64,000 bases of DNA from Macrostomum lignano (taxonomy: Eukaryota): the NCBI GenBank assembly GCA_002269645.1, contig NIVC01001877.1:62001-126000 (forward strand), given 5' to 3'. The translations under genes were made by a program, and so were the position numbers. Each line of letters opens with the position of its first letter. Positions within the stretch are counted from its first letter, which is position 1. A model generated the notes under the pieces. The model made no database searches. It was given only the letters and a program-made list of their open reading frames with translations, and was not told where the DNA came from. Positions 37,721 to 50,272 of the stretch are shown one piece after another.

Positions 37721-38579
37721 TTCAGGATTGGGCACAGGTCTGGTTTTAGATCGGATGATGCCGAACTCTTTCTGAGAGCCGTCCTGCCAGCCGTAGGGCG
37801 CGAATTGCACAGCTTTCTGGATGTAGGATGGGTCCGCAGAGATTCTTTTCCTGATATTCAAGCACCTGCGCCAGGTGTTGCACAGAAATACCATCAGCTG
37901 ACCGGCAGTTCCATCGCTAGAAACTCGACCCATTACGATCGCACCAAAGTCTTTCCTCAACATCCCACTTTCAGGAACCGCTTTCAGTTCCTTTCGGTCA
38001 CGCCAGTGATATTGAGGTCCAGTGCGAGCTCCAACTTATCATGCAGAGAAGAAGCTGTGCTTCAGGCTCGCAGGCTGCCTCACGAAATCCACCGAGAGTT
38101 CAGAGGCGGAGGTCCTCTAGGACAGCCAGAGAACAAGGACAAGCAGCGCGGAGCGGAGTTGGATGGCTGGCTGCTGAAGATTTTCTGCTTGGAAGCGCTT
38201 TGGACCTTGGAGATCGGATTCGAAGAGCGCTGCTGCTTAAGACTCGCCAGCTCTGTGCTGCTAGCAGGCCGCTGCATTCAAACAAATAGCTGCGATTTCG
38301 ATATTCCGACAGCTTTTTACCACGTCCTTTGATCAATACATTTATGCATATCTCACAATTCGCAATGGTTTTTGTTTTTGTTTTGACTAGAAAATTTGTC
38401 CCTGAAAGTATCAGATTTTTCTGCTAATTGCTTGACTTTCGTTACGAGTAGCTGTTATGTAGTGCAAATTTCGTTAAAATAGGCGAATTTTTGTGTCTTA
38501 GACGTATTTCCCCTTTTGATATATAGCTCGTAATAATAATAATTGAGTTCCCCGGCACATTGAGTCTGCACTAATGGGC

Positions 38580-38823
38580 AGATGTGCAACCGAGAGCTCA
38601 GCCACAGCTATTGAGCGACGCACCGGAATTCTGAAGGCTGTTCAGTCCAAAGCCTGGGGTCGCCATACACTGTCAATTGCCCCAGCTAATGCTGGCACCC
38701 ATATTACAGCTGCAGTGGGTAAAAGGTGTTTTGCTCAAGGACACAAATTCCGAGAGGGATCGAAAATCGAACCCCTGACTTTTTCAGTCGTGAGTCTGAC
38801 GCTCTAACCACTAGGCTGCAACC
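38580..38823 (-). mobile_element. tRNA-derived SINE with conserved central domain
   Basis: Minus strand: A-box CAGCCTAGTGGTTAGAG, B-box GGTTCGATT, then TGTGTCCTTGAGCAAAACACCTTTTAC (CORE/Meta-type domain-like) and a tail shared with 17170-17330. Confidence 0.75.
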
Positions 38824-39759
38824 CCTTCGAGTATCCGGAATTTCTTTTTTTAACTGAAAGCCGAAGATATTGCAATTTAAGAGGCCTAATTAGGCCCACT
38901 CAAAACAGCATAAACTGAAGAAAAATTTAGTGTGATCCGACGGCTTTTACGCATTTTTGTCGCTTTGAACCTCCGTCAATGACTGAGGAGACTGCATGCA
39001 TGTCGAACAAAAACAGTTTATAATAAGCTTTACGGGCTTAACCGGAAAGATACGCTCTGTTTTAAAATCGAAATGGTTTGCGTAATCATAGACGTCGTCA
39101 GGGCCAATTCAATCCAAGTGATCTTCACACGCCACCAGTATGTTAAATGATGAACAAGCCACACAGTCCAAAGACGGGTCAAACTGAACAGTTCAAGTTG
39201 GGTTTGTGCTTTCTGATACTCTTAAGCTTATGGCAAATTTTGCACACATCTAACACTTTGAAAAGCTGAATCGGTTCACTGTCTCAACACTTTTTACAAA
39301 CTAGGAGCTGGTCATTAATTGCAGAGTTTTTTAGACAGTGTTCCTTAGCTCTAGTGGGCGGTGTCGCGTCGTCTTTCCAATGTACGAAAGCGACCAACCA
39401 TTTTCGGTGCGAAAGACAATCCGAACGGTGCATTTAAGCCATTTGCTAAACGCTTTCTCAAGTTTTTATCAAGTCAAACGAAACATCACCAAAAATGGGA
39501 GCACCATCAGAGCATCCCAGGATCCGACTGCTGGGATCCCATGCACATCGTTGGAAAATTTCTTAGTGACAAACGCATTTACAATGCGGCCAATGTAGTG
39601 TGAGCATCTTTTGCGATAGCCTTGTATTCTATTAGTTAGGTTTTGCATAATTGTTATTGAATTGTTATTTTGCTTTAGTTTAGTCACGTTTTTGGTGTAC
39701 TTTTTCCTTGTTAGTTAGAATCAATTTTGCGTAAACAGGTTAGAGTTAGACGCCAATTT

Positions 39760-40997
39760 TGTGACTCAGCGGAGGGTTGAGTTTTGTCTGCGAACCCTAG
39801 CTTTGCGCGGCCAGCCAATCAGAACCGGCCTGGACCCTGGCACGCGGCAAGTTTCAATTTTACCCGGCGCCGCGGGCACAGTGCAATTCGGCTTAAGCAG
39901 GCGGCCGGCCAGACGACCACCACCGGCTTGAGGGGGGTTTTGAGGGGTTGTGACTCTGACTATATATGAAAGTGTGTTTGGCAATCAGATCTCGCCTTCC
40001 TTTCCGCCTTCTCTTTCCCCGGTTTTGTCTTGTCCAGCTTCCCGGCCGGTGGCCCGATTTCTCCTCTCTTGTTGGTTCGCGCTTTGAGGCGCCTGAATTC
40101 ATCACCCCCGGTCCATATTTTTGTTCCCGCCCAACCGCTTTAGTCTTGTGGCGTAACGTCTACGGCAAATTCCTGTCTGAAGTCGTCGCTATCGAGCGCG
40201 GTTAGATAGAGACTGTCGGATCTGATCAAGTACGCGGCCTCGACCCCGAGGGCCTCAGTGTTACACTGAAGGGCAGTGCCGATAGAATTTAGTCGGTACT
40301 CCGTTGAACGGTCGATTCGGCAGGGCTCTCGTTTGAGTGTAGGTTCTGGCTTAGGCCAGGGGTTAGGAGTCTTCTCCGTGGTCGTGTTCGGTTCTTCTCC
40401 TTCTTCTTCAAGCTGAGATCCGCTTGTCAGTGCGTAATATAATCATTGTTATTAATCGTTACTATTCGTTATCATCAGTCTAATTATCTGCGCCGCGAAT
40501 TGCTTGAATCCTGTAGCTTGAATAATCAAATTAAATCGTCTAGCCAATTATCAGTTGTATCACATAGGATTATCACTCTCTAAATCTTTCGGTTTGTGTT
40601 CCCTCGTGTTCTTTCTTTTCTTGTACTGTACCTGCGGCTATTGGAGAAAGACTGGTAGGACTCGCCGACCGGCGATAGGCGATTAGGATTAATAGCTTTA
40701 AAATCTCTGACGCTCCAAGTAGGTTTGTCTGGGGCCTAAATAAATAATTGCTCACCGTGCATGCTATTATCTAATTGCCTTTTATTTATCACACCAACAA
40801 AACTGAGAGGCTAACCGTTGGATCTGAAGATTTTAGGCAGGGCACTAACTTCTTAGTGAAATAAACTCCAAGCACTGCTCACCCCGTAGGCTCCGTGAAG
40901 GAGGCATCTGACTTAACCAGCTTTCCAAAGAGACGGACAAAAAGCACGGAAATTCAACACCAGCCCAGTAAACGTAGGTTTACGGTAAACCTTCACA
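39760..40997 (+). mobile_element. LTR-like sequence (~1.24 kb)
   Basis: TGTGA...TCACA termini, AGCCAATCAG and TATATA promoter-like motifs, AATAAA near 40742; no TSD, PBS or PPT found. Confidence 0.45.
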
Positions 40998-42225
40998 AGA
41001 GGACGACGGTGTCCAGAACAGTCAACATCGGTGTCAAGAAAAGCGAGATTCTTCTATCCGCGCCCCATGGTGAACTTGATGTTCGGGTGGTAGTCGTAAG
41101 AAACACGTCGTGATCTTTTACATTGTCAAACACAGCAAACGCCCGGTGTAAAATTCGACGTCGATTCTCTGTCGAATCTAGGGAGAACATCGAATTTTCA
41201 GAGAGGGAACAAACATTGGTCGAATCATGGTCGAAAAGTGGCCGAACATTCTGTCAACAAATTTTTGTTTAGATATTCATCGTTTTCTACTATTCTATAT
41301 GCCTAAGTAGTCAGCAAAGCATTTTTTAAAGTCACGGGTATAAAACCGAAAAATTGCAAGTAAATACGAAATGTTTTTAAATTCGAAAGCTCATACAGTT
41401 ACAATTGTAACATTTTGGCGCAGCAAGTGCAGTAATAACGAATAGGGCCGGTGCAGTTCTTCATTGGTAGGTTCTGATCTTTACCGATACTGCTGACTGC
41501 TAATGCAAAGTATCATATTGCAGGGAATGTAATGCAACTGACCCTATTCTGCTAGAAGTGTGACAATTAAAGCCAGTAAATATTTCTGGCACTTGTTATA
41601 ATTAACCTTGTCTTATAACCGCTTTACCTCACTGTCCAACAAGCTATCCTAGAGTAATTATTAGTTAAATAAAGCTGCCCTCCCAGCACAGAACCAAAGA
41701 AGGAACCCTAGACCAGAACCAATCTTTCAGAACGCGGGTAATTACTCTCCATGAGCACGCGTGATGGATTTTCTGGCGCCCCATCCCATATAGTCTCTGT
41801 GGTGGGCCGCGCCCCCTCATATTTAGCGCGAATTCGAATGCTGTGTGCATGCGTCAGAATGGAAGAAATAACTTGAGTAAACAAAAGGAAATTTTCTGAA
41901 TAAAATCGGAGTCGGATGAATAGAAATGGTAGCCAGGTCGCGACCGGGCACAGCAATCGCAAACAATTTATCCCAGACCAAAAGTCGGAGAGACTTTCCA
42001 ATGTCATTTTGTCAGATTTCGAGCCGTGCCTGAGCCGAGTTTTTATTCAGATTTAGTTATATAGAAGATTTATCAGTTTTGGATGTATTTATGGCCGGAA
42101 AAAATTCACGTCTGAAGCTGTGCGGGCTCTTCTACCCAAGGTTTTTCTCAGTTAAATACATAGAAATCTAGAATACTAACTAGATTTCTAGTATTCTTCT
42201 GCGCCAAATTCTAGTTTCTAGTATT

Positions 42226-42671
42226 CTAGATTTCTATGGGATAACCTGAGTGGAGTTCTGTGAGAGCACAAAGCACGAAGAGCTTCCTCACGGCCAACCG
42301 GTGCGCTGCATTTAAGATACATTCTATTGCGCTCCCTGATTCCAAATAATTTGACCTAAAAGCATCTTTGAAATATATTTCTGCATCACGAACCCACATT
42401 GCTGTCGAGTTGCTTCCAATGCCTTTTAGCGAGTTTAGCAAGCTTGCAATCTTTAGAATTAGCTGCCATGAACCCCGTAGTTTAAAGCGTCAACTACCGT
42501 GTGGGCGATGGCGAGGTCAGACCGTATAAGACGGTGGTCATACAAGTAGGGAATATAAAGGAGGACTTGAAGCTGGCTAAGCTTTATGCCTGCAGAGAGT
42601 TGGCTTGTGCAGATCTGCACACAAACTGCTGCAAGAATCGACAGGGTGAACCAGCCAGCGCCGGAACTCAT
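42226..42671 (-). pseudogene. Possible degenerate first exon of a secreted/membrane receptor-like protein
   Basis: ATG 42671 gives signal-peptide-like MSSGAGWFTLSILAAVCVQICTSQLSAG; the frame stops at 42459 but coding-like sequence continues in another frame (..ECILNAAHRLAVRKLFVLC). Family not recognised. Confidence 0.35.
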
Positions 42672-42699
42672 TTCCCGTGCGGAACGGAACAGATTATAG

Positions 42700-43082
42700 A
42701 GTGGAGATGAGTGAGCAGAGAGAAGAGAGGAGAGATGAGACAGGAGGGATGAGACAGGAGAGATGAGACAGGAGAGAGGAATGATAAGAGAGGAGAGCAA
42801 AGAGGAGAGAGGAGACGAGAGGAGAGAGAAGAGAGCTGAGAGGGAAGAGACGATAGAAGAGGGGAGAGAGGAGAGAGGAAGATGAAAGAAGAGAGAAGAG
42901 ATGAGTTGGGAGAGATGAAAGAGAAGAAAGAAGAGATGAGAGAGCAGAGACGAGATATGTGAGAGTAGAGAGAACAGAAGAGAGAGAAGAGAGAAGAGAG
43001 AAAAAGATTGCATAGACGAAGACGAGAGGAGAGAGGAGAGGGAAGAGATTACAGAGTCGAAAGGAGAGAGGATAGAAGAAAT

Positions 43083-43154
<72 letters not shown>

Positions 43155-43470
43155 CAGAAGAGAAGATAGAAGTTTCAAAGGATCCGATCAGGGACATAGA
43201 GAGAGGCAGAGACGGAGGCCAGAGTTTGCCAATACATGTACATGTTTTCGAAAGACATTGCCTGACATTCTGCGCAGCAGTCCAGCCAATGAGATCAATG
43301 CTTGCTTCAAATCTTAATTTCACGCATTTACTCCATTTTATGTTTACCTCTATCCTAACTATTAACAAGTTTTTGTTTGAGTATGACTTCAGATTTTAGA
43401 GTACATGTACATGCAAAAATAGTTCCGGAAATTGGAATTCCACGGGTTCAAAATCCGCGGGTTTCAACAG
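42700..43470. repeat. Polypurine-tract repeat family, copy 2, including (GA)n at 43090-43150
   Basis: Same junction and body as 25740-26935. Confidence 0.75.
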
Positions 43471-43884
43471 CTTGCAGTTCTCGTACAGAAACTATTGTTT
43501 CTAAAATGATGAAAGTTCTAACAAAGAAAAAAAGGTTGCTCTCAGCTCTCTAATTAATCCATCTGAGAACCATTGAGTGAGCATTACATGCATGCACATC
43601 CCTCATGACGGCACTAGTAGTATCTACGTTGGTTGTACTCATTGTCCTGCCAAAACAGATAGCTGAGCTCTCAAGAGCTGCTAATTGTGTAATAAAAAAT
43701 AATTAAGGACGACTAAATTAACATATATATCTACTTAACTACTCTTCTACTTAAGTAGTCCTTGAAAATAATTACAGTGTATAATCATGAATGATCGGAG
43801 TGTTTAATTAGATTTAAAAGCAATAAAAACAGACAAAAATGGGGCTCAGGGCCCAGAGGGGGATATACTCGTATTATGTCAATA

Positions 43885-45900
43885 TGATGAGGACGCATTT
43901 TTTTCCAAATCTCATGCTCACATATGGGTTCTAAACTTGTTAGCCTACTGATAGCAGGCTATATGGGCATTCTTCCCACTTCTTTCTTTTCTGTAATTTT
44001 ACTCGAATCCATACAAGTAGGATTTTTATAGCTATATGATTTTGCCATATTTGTAGTCATTATAGCATAGGCGTGGTTTTCGGTACTTTTTGGGTCATAA
44101 ATCATTGCTTGTAGGTGTGTCTGACAGCCACCTGCACCTCACTCAGTGTTGAAGCTGGCGCCAGATGGTCTGAGAAGATGCGGGCGGTTGGCTTTTTCTC
44201 ATCATTTTTGACAGGCCATCAGATTTATGAGGTCAGGGCCTGTTGTTCGTGTTTTCTCAAGCGTTTGTCAGCTTTGACAGCATGCGTTTTATCCCTAAAA
44301 GGTACTTTTGGATTAGCGATTATCGATTTCTCTTCATCATCTTCTTTCTACATAATGAGACCTTCTAGTGCATATTTTTTTATAAATGTTTGCAGTAATT
44401 CCTACGCAAAAAGCCATAAATCATTATGTAGCGATTTTGAGTGATTTATGACAATACCTGGCGTATTTTTATGGCCGCGAGGGAACTGATAGGATCTTTT
44501 GATCACTTCAGTTGGGTGGCAACAAGCTCAGCCAATCAGAAAATTCGACGTCAGTTATAACAAATCGGCTCAGCCAATCAGCGTCGAGGTGTTTCATTTT
44601 AACAAACTAGGTTATAAGGTCCAGTTGGCGACCATTTAAGCCGATGTTTTGGCCCGCTCAGAACCAACCTTTCACTTCTTCCCACTCTGACCCTGCTCTA
44701 GACGCTCGGACTGGCTCTAGAAGCATCCCCGGTCTCACTCCCCTTGGATTTGCGACCCCCGGAGTACGACATCTCCCCTCTCGTCACTGAGAACATCTCC
44801 CCCAGTTGACTTCTTCGGGACCAAGTCCATCACCTGCTAGCTATCTGCAACGATTGTGGACAGCATCATTCCGGGCCTACAGCTGCGAAGCACTAAGCCG
44901 ATTAAGTCACTGTGGATTACCTGCATGGTCTCCCGGCTGGTTTCTGATTGGTTGGGTGAGAGGCTACCTAGACAATTGCTTGATTGGGTGATTCCTTATC
45001 TGTCCCCTATTTCAGTAGCTGGATTAGGCGCACAATTTTGCTCATTTTGTTCAGTAGTGCTGTTATTGAGGCAGAAATCATTCAATAATACTGTTAGTAG
45101 TCTGAAGCTCCAATTTAATCTGAGGTGTGAAGTGATTCAAGGAGAAGGTTAAATCTGACAGTTATTTCTATCGGTTTTATTTCTTTGTTCGCCGATGGCT
45201 CAGATGAGTAGCTAAGCTAGTAGGCGCCGGTCACAGTGGACCAATGGCAAGGCAGTTCTCAGTCGATCAATCTATCAAATCAGTGAGCAAAATTGCCAAT
45301 TAGTGCAAAACCGGCGCTAGAGGTGTACTCTGTGCACTCCAGGTTCGCCAAGCGGCTCGGGTAGTGAATCATGCGGTCTCTAAAGTTTGAGTAAGTTTAT
45401 CATCAGCGCTACGAGAGGCCGGTTAGCGCGTTGAAGGCCGAAAATACAATCCCTCTTATTTAGCAATGTAAATACATGTACATGTAGCTACAGTACCTCA
45501 TAGTCTCGCCACTGCAAGAATCCCCTGCACAAGTCCCCTCTGTACCTGCATGGCCAATGCAATCAAGTCCCAGCAGTGTCCCTTATCATCGGCTATGACT
45601 TCGAGATTGACAGCAAAAAGACACTAGTTGGCAGGTAAAGTGCAAAGCCCCTTCTAGTCGGAAGCCCGATTTCGAGAGTCCCGGTTTGGTGAGCCAGGAC
45701 ACACGGGCTGGTGGCAGCAAGTTAGTTGATCTGCGGATTAGCTGATCTCATTTTTAAAATGTCTCTCGCTTTCCCTCTCTTAGCTATAGGACCTAGACTG
45801 CTCGCCACACGATCAAGCTACATTGGGGCTGACCATCTGACAGGAGTGGGGGGACACTAATTGATTCATTTCTGAGAACTGAGGCCCGGAGGCTTTTAAC
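43885..45900. mobile_element. Unclassified ~2-kb dispersed element, copy 2 (direct orientation, ~10.1 kb from copy 1)
   Basis: Colinear with 33790-35756; CCAAT at 44532 and 44574 (same 42-bp spacing); near-identical blocks at 45177-45266 and 45567-45685. Confidence 0.7.
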
Positions 45901-46629
45901 GCCTGGATTTGACTTGAAATTCCGATTGGGACCCTGCGGGCAAACCCCGGCGGGAAATTTCCGTGCTCCCTAAAGTAACAGATAAGAGAGAACACAGAGT
46001 AGACAGAGACCAATCAATGCTGACGAACTAAAGAAATGAATAAGAAAGGCGCAACAACATTTAAAATGCATGCCGTAAGATAAAACCATTAAGTAGGAAA
46101 TGATGAAGCACTTTTCTAAATAAAAGAATTGCAGCAGTTTAATTAATTGCTTAATTGCTTCAGACTTGAGGACTATATTAGTGCGTCAAAAGACTTTTGC
46201 AGGTGACAGAAAAATGTTCCAAGCTTGGTTTTAGTAATATCGGCATATCGCGCTAAACTATCCATGAGATCATTGCAGATGAAAAAAATGTTGTCTGTGC
46301 AATTTATGAATTGCATCAAATTAAAATTAAATTATCAGCTAAAAAGAATTACGTTTGTGTACGCGTAATTAAACAAGGCAAATTTCTAGTAAAAAACAAA
46401 CAAATTAACAGTATAACATTTCGGTCCACTGCAACGCCAGACTACACTTCGGTTTAAATGCGCCAAATTTCTCTGGAGGGCGGAGGCCATGCAGTTTTAC
46501 GCGGCGTTTTCAGTCTCTTTGGAACTAAAATTGCTTCAACGTGTACCCTCACATTTTCTGGACTTTCAAATTCCAAATGAAGCAAGTAAGCATTTTGTCG
46601 GAGATATGTTTCACAAGCCGATGTGACTT

Positions 46630-47500
46630 ACTGGAGAATTGCTGAGATGTCAAGGCTTACCGGGGGGAATTGCCGAGATGTCAAGGCTTGACTGGGGGAA
46701 TTGCTGAGATGTCAAGGCTTACTGGGGGGAATTGCTGAGTTGTCAAGGCTTACTGGGGGAATTGCTGAGATGTCAAGGCTTACTGGGGGGAATTGCTGAG
46801 TTGTCAAGGCTTACTGGGGGAATTGCTAAGATGTCAAGGCTTACTGGGGGAATTGCTGAGATGTCAAGGCTTACTGGGGGAATTGCTGAGTTGTCAAGGC
46901 TTACTGGGGGAATTGCTGAGTTGTCAAGGCTTACTGGGGGAATTGCTGAGTTGTCAAGGCTTACTGGGGGAATTGCTGAGATGTCAAGGCTTACTGGGGG
47001 AATTGCTGAGTTGTCAAGGCTTACTGGGGGGAATTGCCGAGATGTCAAGGCTTACCGGGGGGAATTGCCGAGATGTCAAGGCTTGACTGGGGGAATTGCT
47101 GAGATGTCAAGGCTTATAGGAGGAATCTGAGATGTCAAGGCTTACTGGGGGAATTGCTGAGATGTCAAGGCTCACGGGGGGAATTGCTGAGATGTCAAGG
47201 CTCACTGGGGGAATTGCTGAGATGTCAAGGCTTACTGGGGGAATTGCTGAGATTTCAAGGCTCACTGGGGGAATTGCTGAGATTTCAAGGCTCACTGGGG
47301 GAATTGCTGAGATGTCAAGGCTTATGGGGGAATTACTGCACTGTGATGTCAAGGCTTAGATTTAGGTATTGCTGAGATTTCAAGGATTATGGGGGAATCT
47401 GAGATGTCAAAGCTGAGTTTAGAATCTACACGTACTTTATTAAAAAAATTGTATTCCATTTCTTTGTGCTTGGCTCCCCAAGGGGGGCGCAGCTTGCTAG
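46630..47500 (+). mobile_element. 30-bp minisatellite (GGGGGAATTGCTGAGATGTCAAGGCTTACT) ending in a Helitron-type 3' terminus
   Basis: About 25 units at 46630-47420; hairpin GCTCCCCAAGGGGGGCGC followed by AGCTTG-CTAG|T at 47473-47501; 5' end not defined. Confidence 0.65.
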
Positions 47501-47745
47501 TATGCTACTCATGAGAAAAGAGTAATATAAGCGCATTTTTTGCGAGTGACATTTGATTATTCTTCTTTTAAATTCCGACTAGAAATTCGAAAAAAACGCA
47601 TATCTGCCTAACTTGCAATTCTGAAGTCCAGAGTTGTGACAATGCAAGATTTCTTGCTCAATTTCTAATGCAGCGACAACCGGCTGTCCTCTGACGAAAT
47701 TCACACAATTTGCGAGTGTAGCATCCCCACTCTATACAAATCATT

Positions 47746-49913
47746 TTAAACTTTCAAGACTCGCCTATCCTTAGGGAAGCTCATCGTGAGCCCACAGACA
47801 GCCTCTAATATGGCATTGATTGGCATCTGGTCGAACATGCCCTTGTCCAAGTGGCTGCTGTGTACCTGCTTGCCCGGCCCGAGTACCAGACAGGCGCCGT
47901 TTAGCAACAAGTTGGCCTTGAAGTCGCGGTACCACATGGCCCGGTAGGTGCTGCTGAGGATGCCGGAGAGCCAGCCAGACTTCACGTGCTTGCTGGTAGT
48001 GGGGTCTGGAAAATATTGAAAGAAAAAATACAATCACTTGACTGCTGTTTTACAACTATATAAATGATGCCTTGGGAGAGCCGAAAAGGGAGAGAAAGAC
48101 AGTGGGAAAGGGAGTGAGACATGGGAGAAGTACAAAGAGACAAAAGGAGAGAGGGAGAAAAGGGGAGACATGGGGAAGACAGGGAGAGACGGGGGAGAAT
48201 GGGAAGAGAGAGAGTGAGATGGAGAGAGGAGAGAGGGAGATGGGGAGAGAGGGATAGATGTGGGAGAGGAGAGAGGGAGATGGGGAGAGGGAGATATGGG
48301 GGGGAGGGGAGAGATGGGGGAGAGGGAGAGACACAAGGGTGAGGGAAAGAGATAGGTGAGTGAGGGAGAGAGGTAGAGTCAGAGGCGGAGAGATGGGGGA
48401 GGGGGAGAGACAAGGGTGAGGGAAAGAGATAGGTGAGTGAGGGAGAGAGGTAGAGTCAGAGGCGGAGAGATGGGGGAGGGGGAGAGACAAGGGTGAGGGA
48501 AAGAGATAGGTGAGTGAGGGAGAGAGGTAGAGTCAGAGGCGGAGAGATGGGGGAGGGGGAGAGACAAGGGTGAGGGAAAGAGATAGGTGAGTGAGGGAGA
48601 GAGGTAGAGTCAGAGGCGGAGAGATGGAGCGAGAGGGAGAGCGTGATCGAGCTGGATAGAAGTAGAAGTAGAGAGGTAGAGAGTGGAAGAGAGGAAGACT
48701 TGCATTATCTAAAACCGTTAGGGCCAGAGTGAGAATTTATTACAACTATTCAGATTCCTCAAGCTACATGTACCTCATAATTCATAAATACCCGAAACTT
48801 CACATTCCTCGAATTTTGCTTCCTCAAAACTCTTTTCAACCCTCCCTCCTCCAAAAATCGATGCTGGCACTCGCCGCACCCACCCTGATTGTTGCCGTTC
48901 AATTCGTCGCACTTGCAACCGATCGCCTTGTAGATTGCGGCGTCTGGGTCGCATAGCATAGCGTGGCGGAATCCGGTCTCCTCCCTGAACATCTGTGAGG
49001 ATTTCGGAATGATCGTTTCTCAAATAACATTGTTTTAGTGTTTAGATGTATTAAGAGTTAAAATGGGTCAAACGTACAGGAATCAGATCAGGCCCATGAG
49101 GCCCAATGGTTACGAGCTGCACATTTCCCTTTTCAAGGTAGTCATCTGGTATTTTTGCCAGGTCCTCAGCGTATTCTTTTGCCGTGAAGCACTGGGGATG
49201 CTGCAGAATAACGGATAAAATTTTGGAGGTGGTACTAAATTTAAAAAGGACTTACTTGAAGATAGATGATTCTTCGAATCAAAGCAAAGAAAGCCCAAAT
49301 CTTTATATCAAAATTTGATGTGCGACTTTCAACAGAAAAAAAACTAAAACGGTGGCGCAACTAGCCGGGTTCGGAAGGGAGCCTCTGTATTTTGGCGAAA
49401 ATGCGCTTGGTCCCTACCCCCTTTGATTTTTTCAGGTCTCCACCTAAAGGGGGCGACTGACCCTGTCCCCCTTAGTTGCGCCACTGAAAGCTAATTGGTT
49501 ATTTTCAGCACAGCTTATTTCAGTGGAAATCGTCGACGTCAATAAACTGAGAGTGAAGAACATCCAGTGCAAATTGAACGTTTGTAATGCTATCTTAGTC
49601 CCCTCATCAGCGCTACGACTTGTGCAGTGCCTTAAAACAGTGCATACAGGGAAATATAATTGCCTTTTTAGTAACCATGATTTTTCATACCGTAGCTCGA
49701 TCATTCAAAATACTCCAACTTTCATACCCTGAGAAGGACGACAACCGTCTTCTTATCTTTGTATAGATCACCGAAGCGTATTGAGTTTCCCTCCTCGTCC
49801 AATACAAACAAATCTTCTAAGCGTTCTATGTCGACCGTGACTTCGTCGTTAATTCCTCGAGATAAATTAATTTTCACAACTTTTTCGATTTTTGTTGGCT
49901 CAGAAGATGCCAT
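47746..49913 (-). CDS. PRXL2C: Peroxiredoxin-like 2C (AAED1, AhpC/TSA domain), 4 exons, with a 1-nt frameshift in exon 2
   Basis: Exons 49728-49913, 49078-49199, 48884-48992, 47746-48005. Peptide ..VLDEEGNSIRFGDLYKDKKTVVVLLR|HPQCFT/KEYAEDLAKIP..L.KGNVQLVTIG|..TGFRHAMLCDPDAAIYKAIG|..SKHVKSGWLSGILSSTYRAM..LVLGPGKQVH..H..PINAIL. Exon 2 is 122 nt where 123 is needed. Confidence 0.88.
48334..48630. repeat. 77-bp purine-rich tandem repeat (about 4 units) within a GA-rich PRXL2C intron
   Basis: CAAGGGTGAG recurs at 48334, 48411, 48488 and 48565. Confidence 0.92.
49351..49486. mobile_element. Small hAT-like MITE in PRXL2C intron 1
   Basis: TIRs CGGTGGCGCAACTA / TAGTTGCGCCACTG; TSD not clean. Confidence 0.55.
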
Positions 49914-50272
49914 CTCCGCAATTTATTTTCCGAAACAGCGAAATGTGTATTGCAGATTCAGAAAGGACGAATTAAACAGAAAAATCTCATGTCTTAAATC
50001 CGTGCGTTAATATATGTTTGCCGAGAAACTTTAAAGTAAAACAAAATGTTTTATTTCTAAGATAGCATTACAAACTAATTAGATAATTATTATTAGCTTA
50101 TGCCTTCAAAGAGTGAAATAACGTTAGAAATTAATATTTTTTTGCCTGTTGTTTATCGTCTATTGTCGATATTTTTATCCTGCGAGTGCGCTGTATGGAC
50201 TATTTTTTTATATGTAAAGATGGGCCCGTTCAATATAACGCCATCGTAAGATAAGATCGTTCTTAGCTTCTA

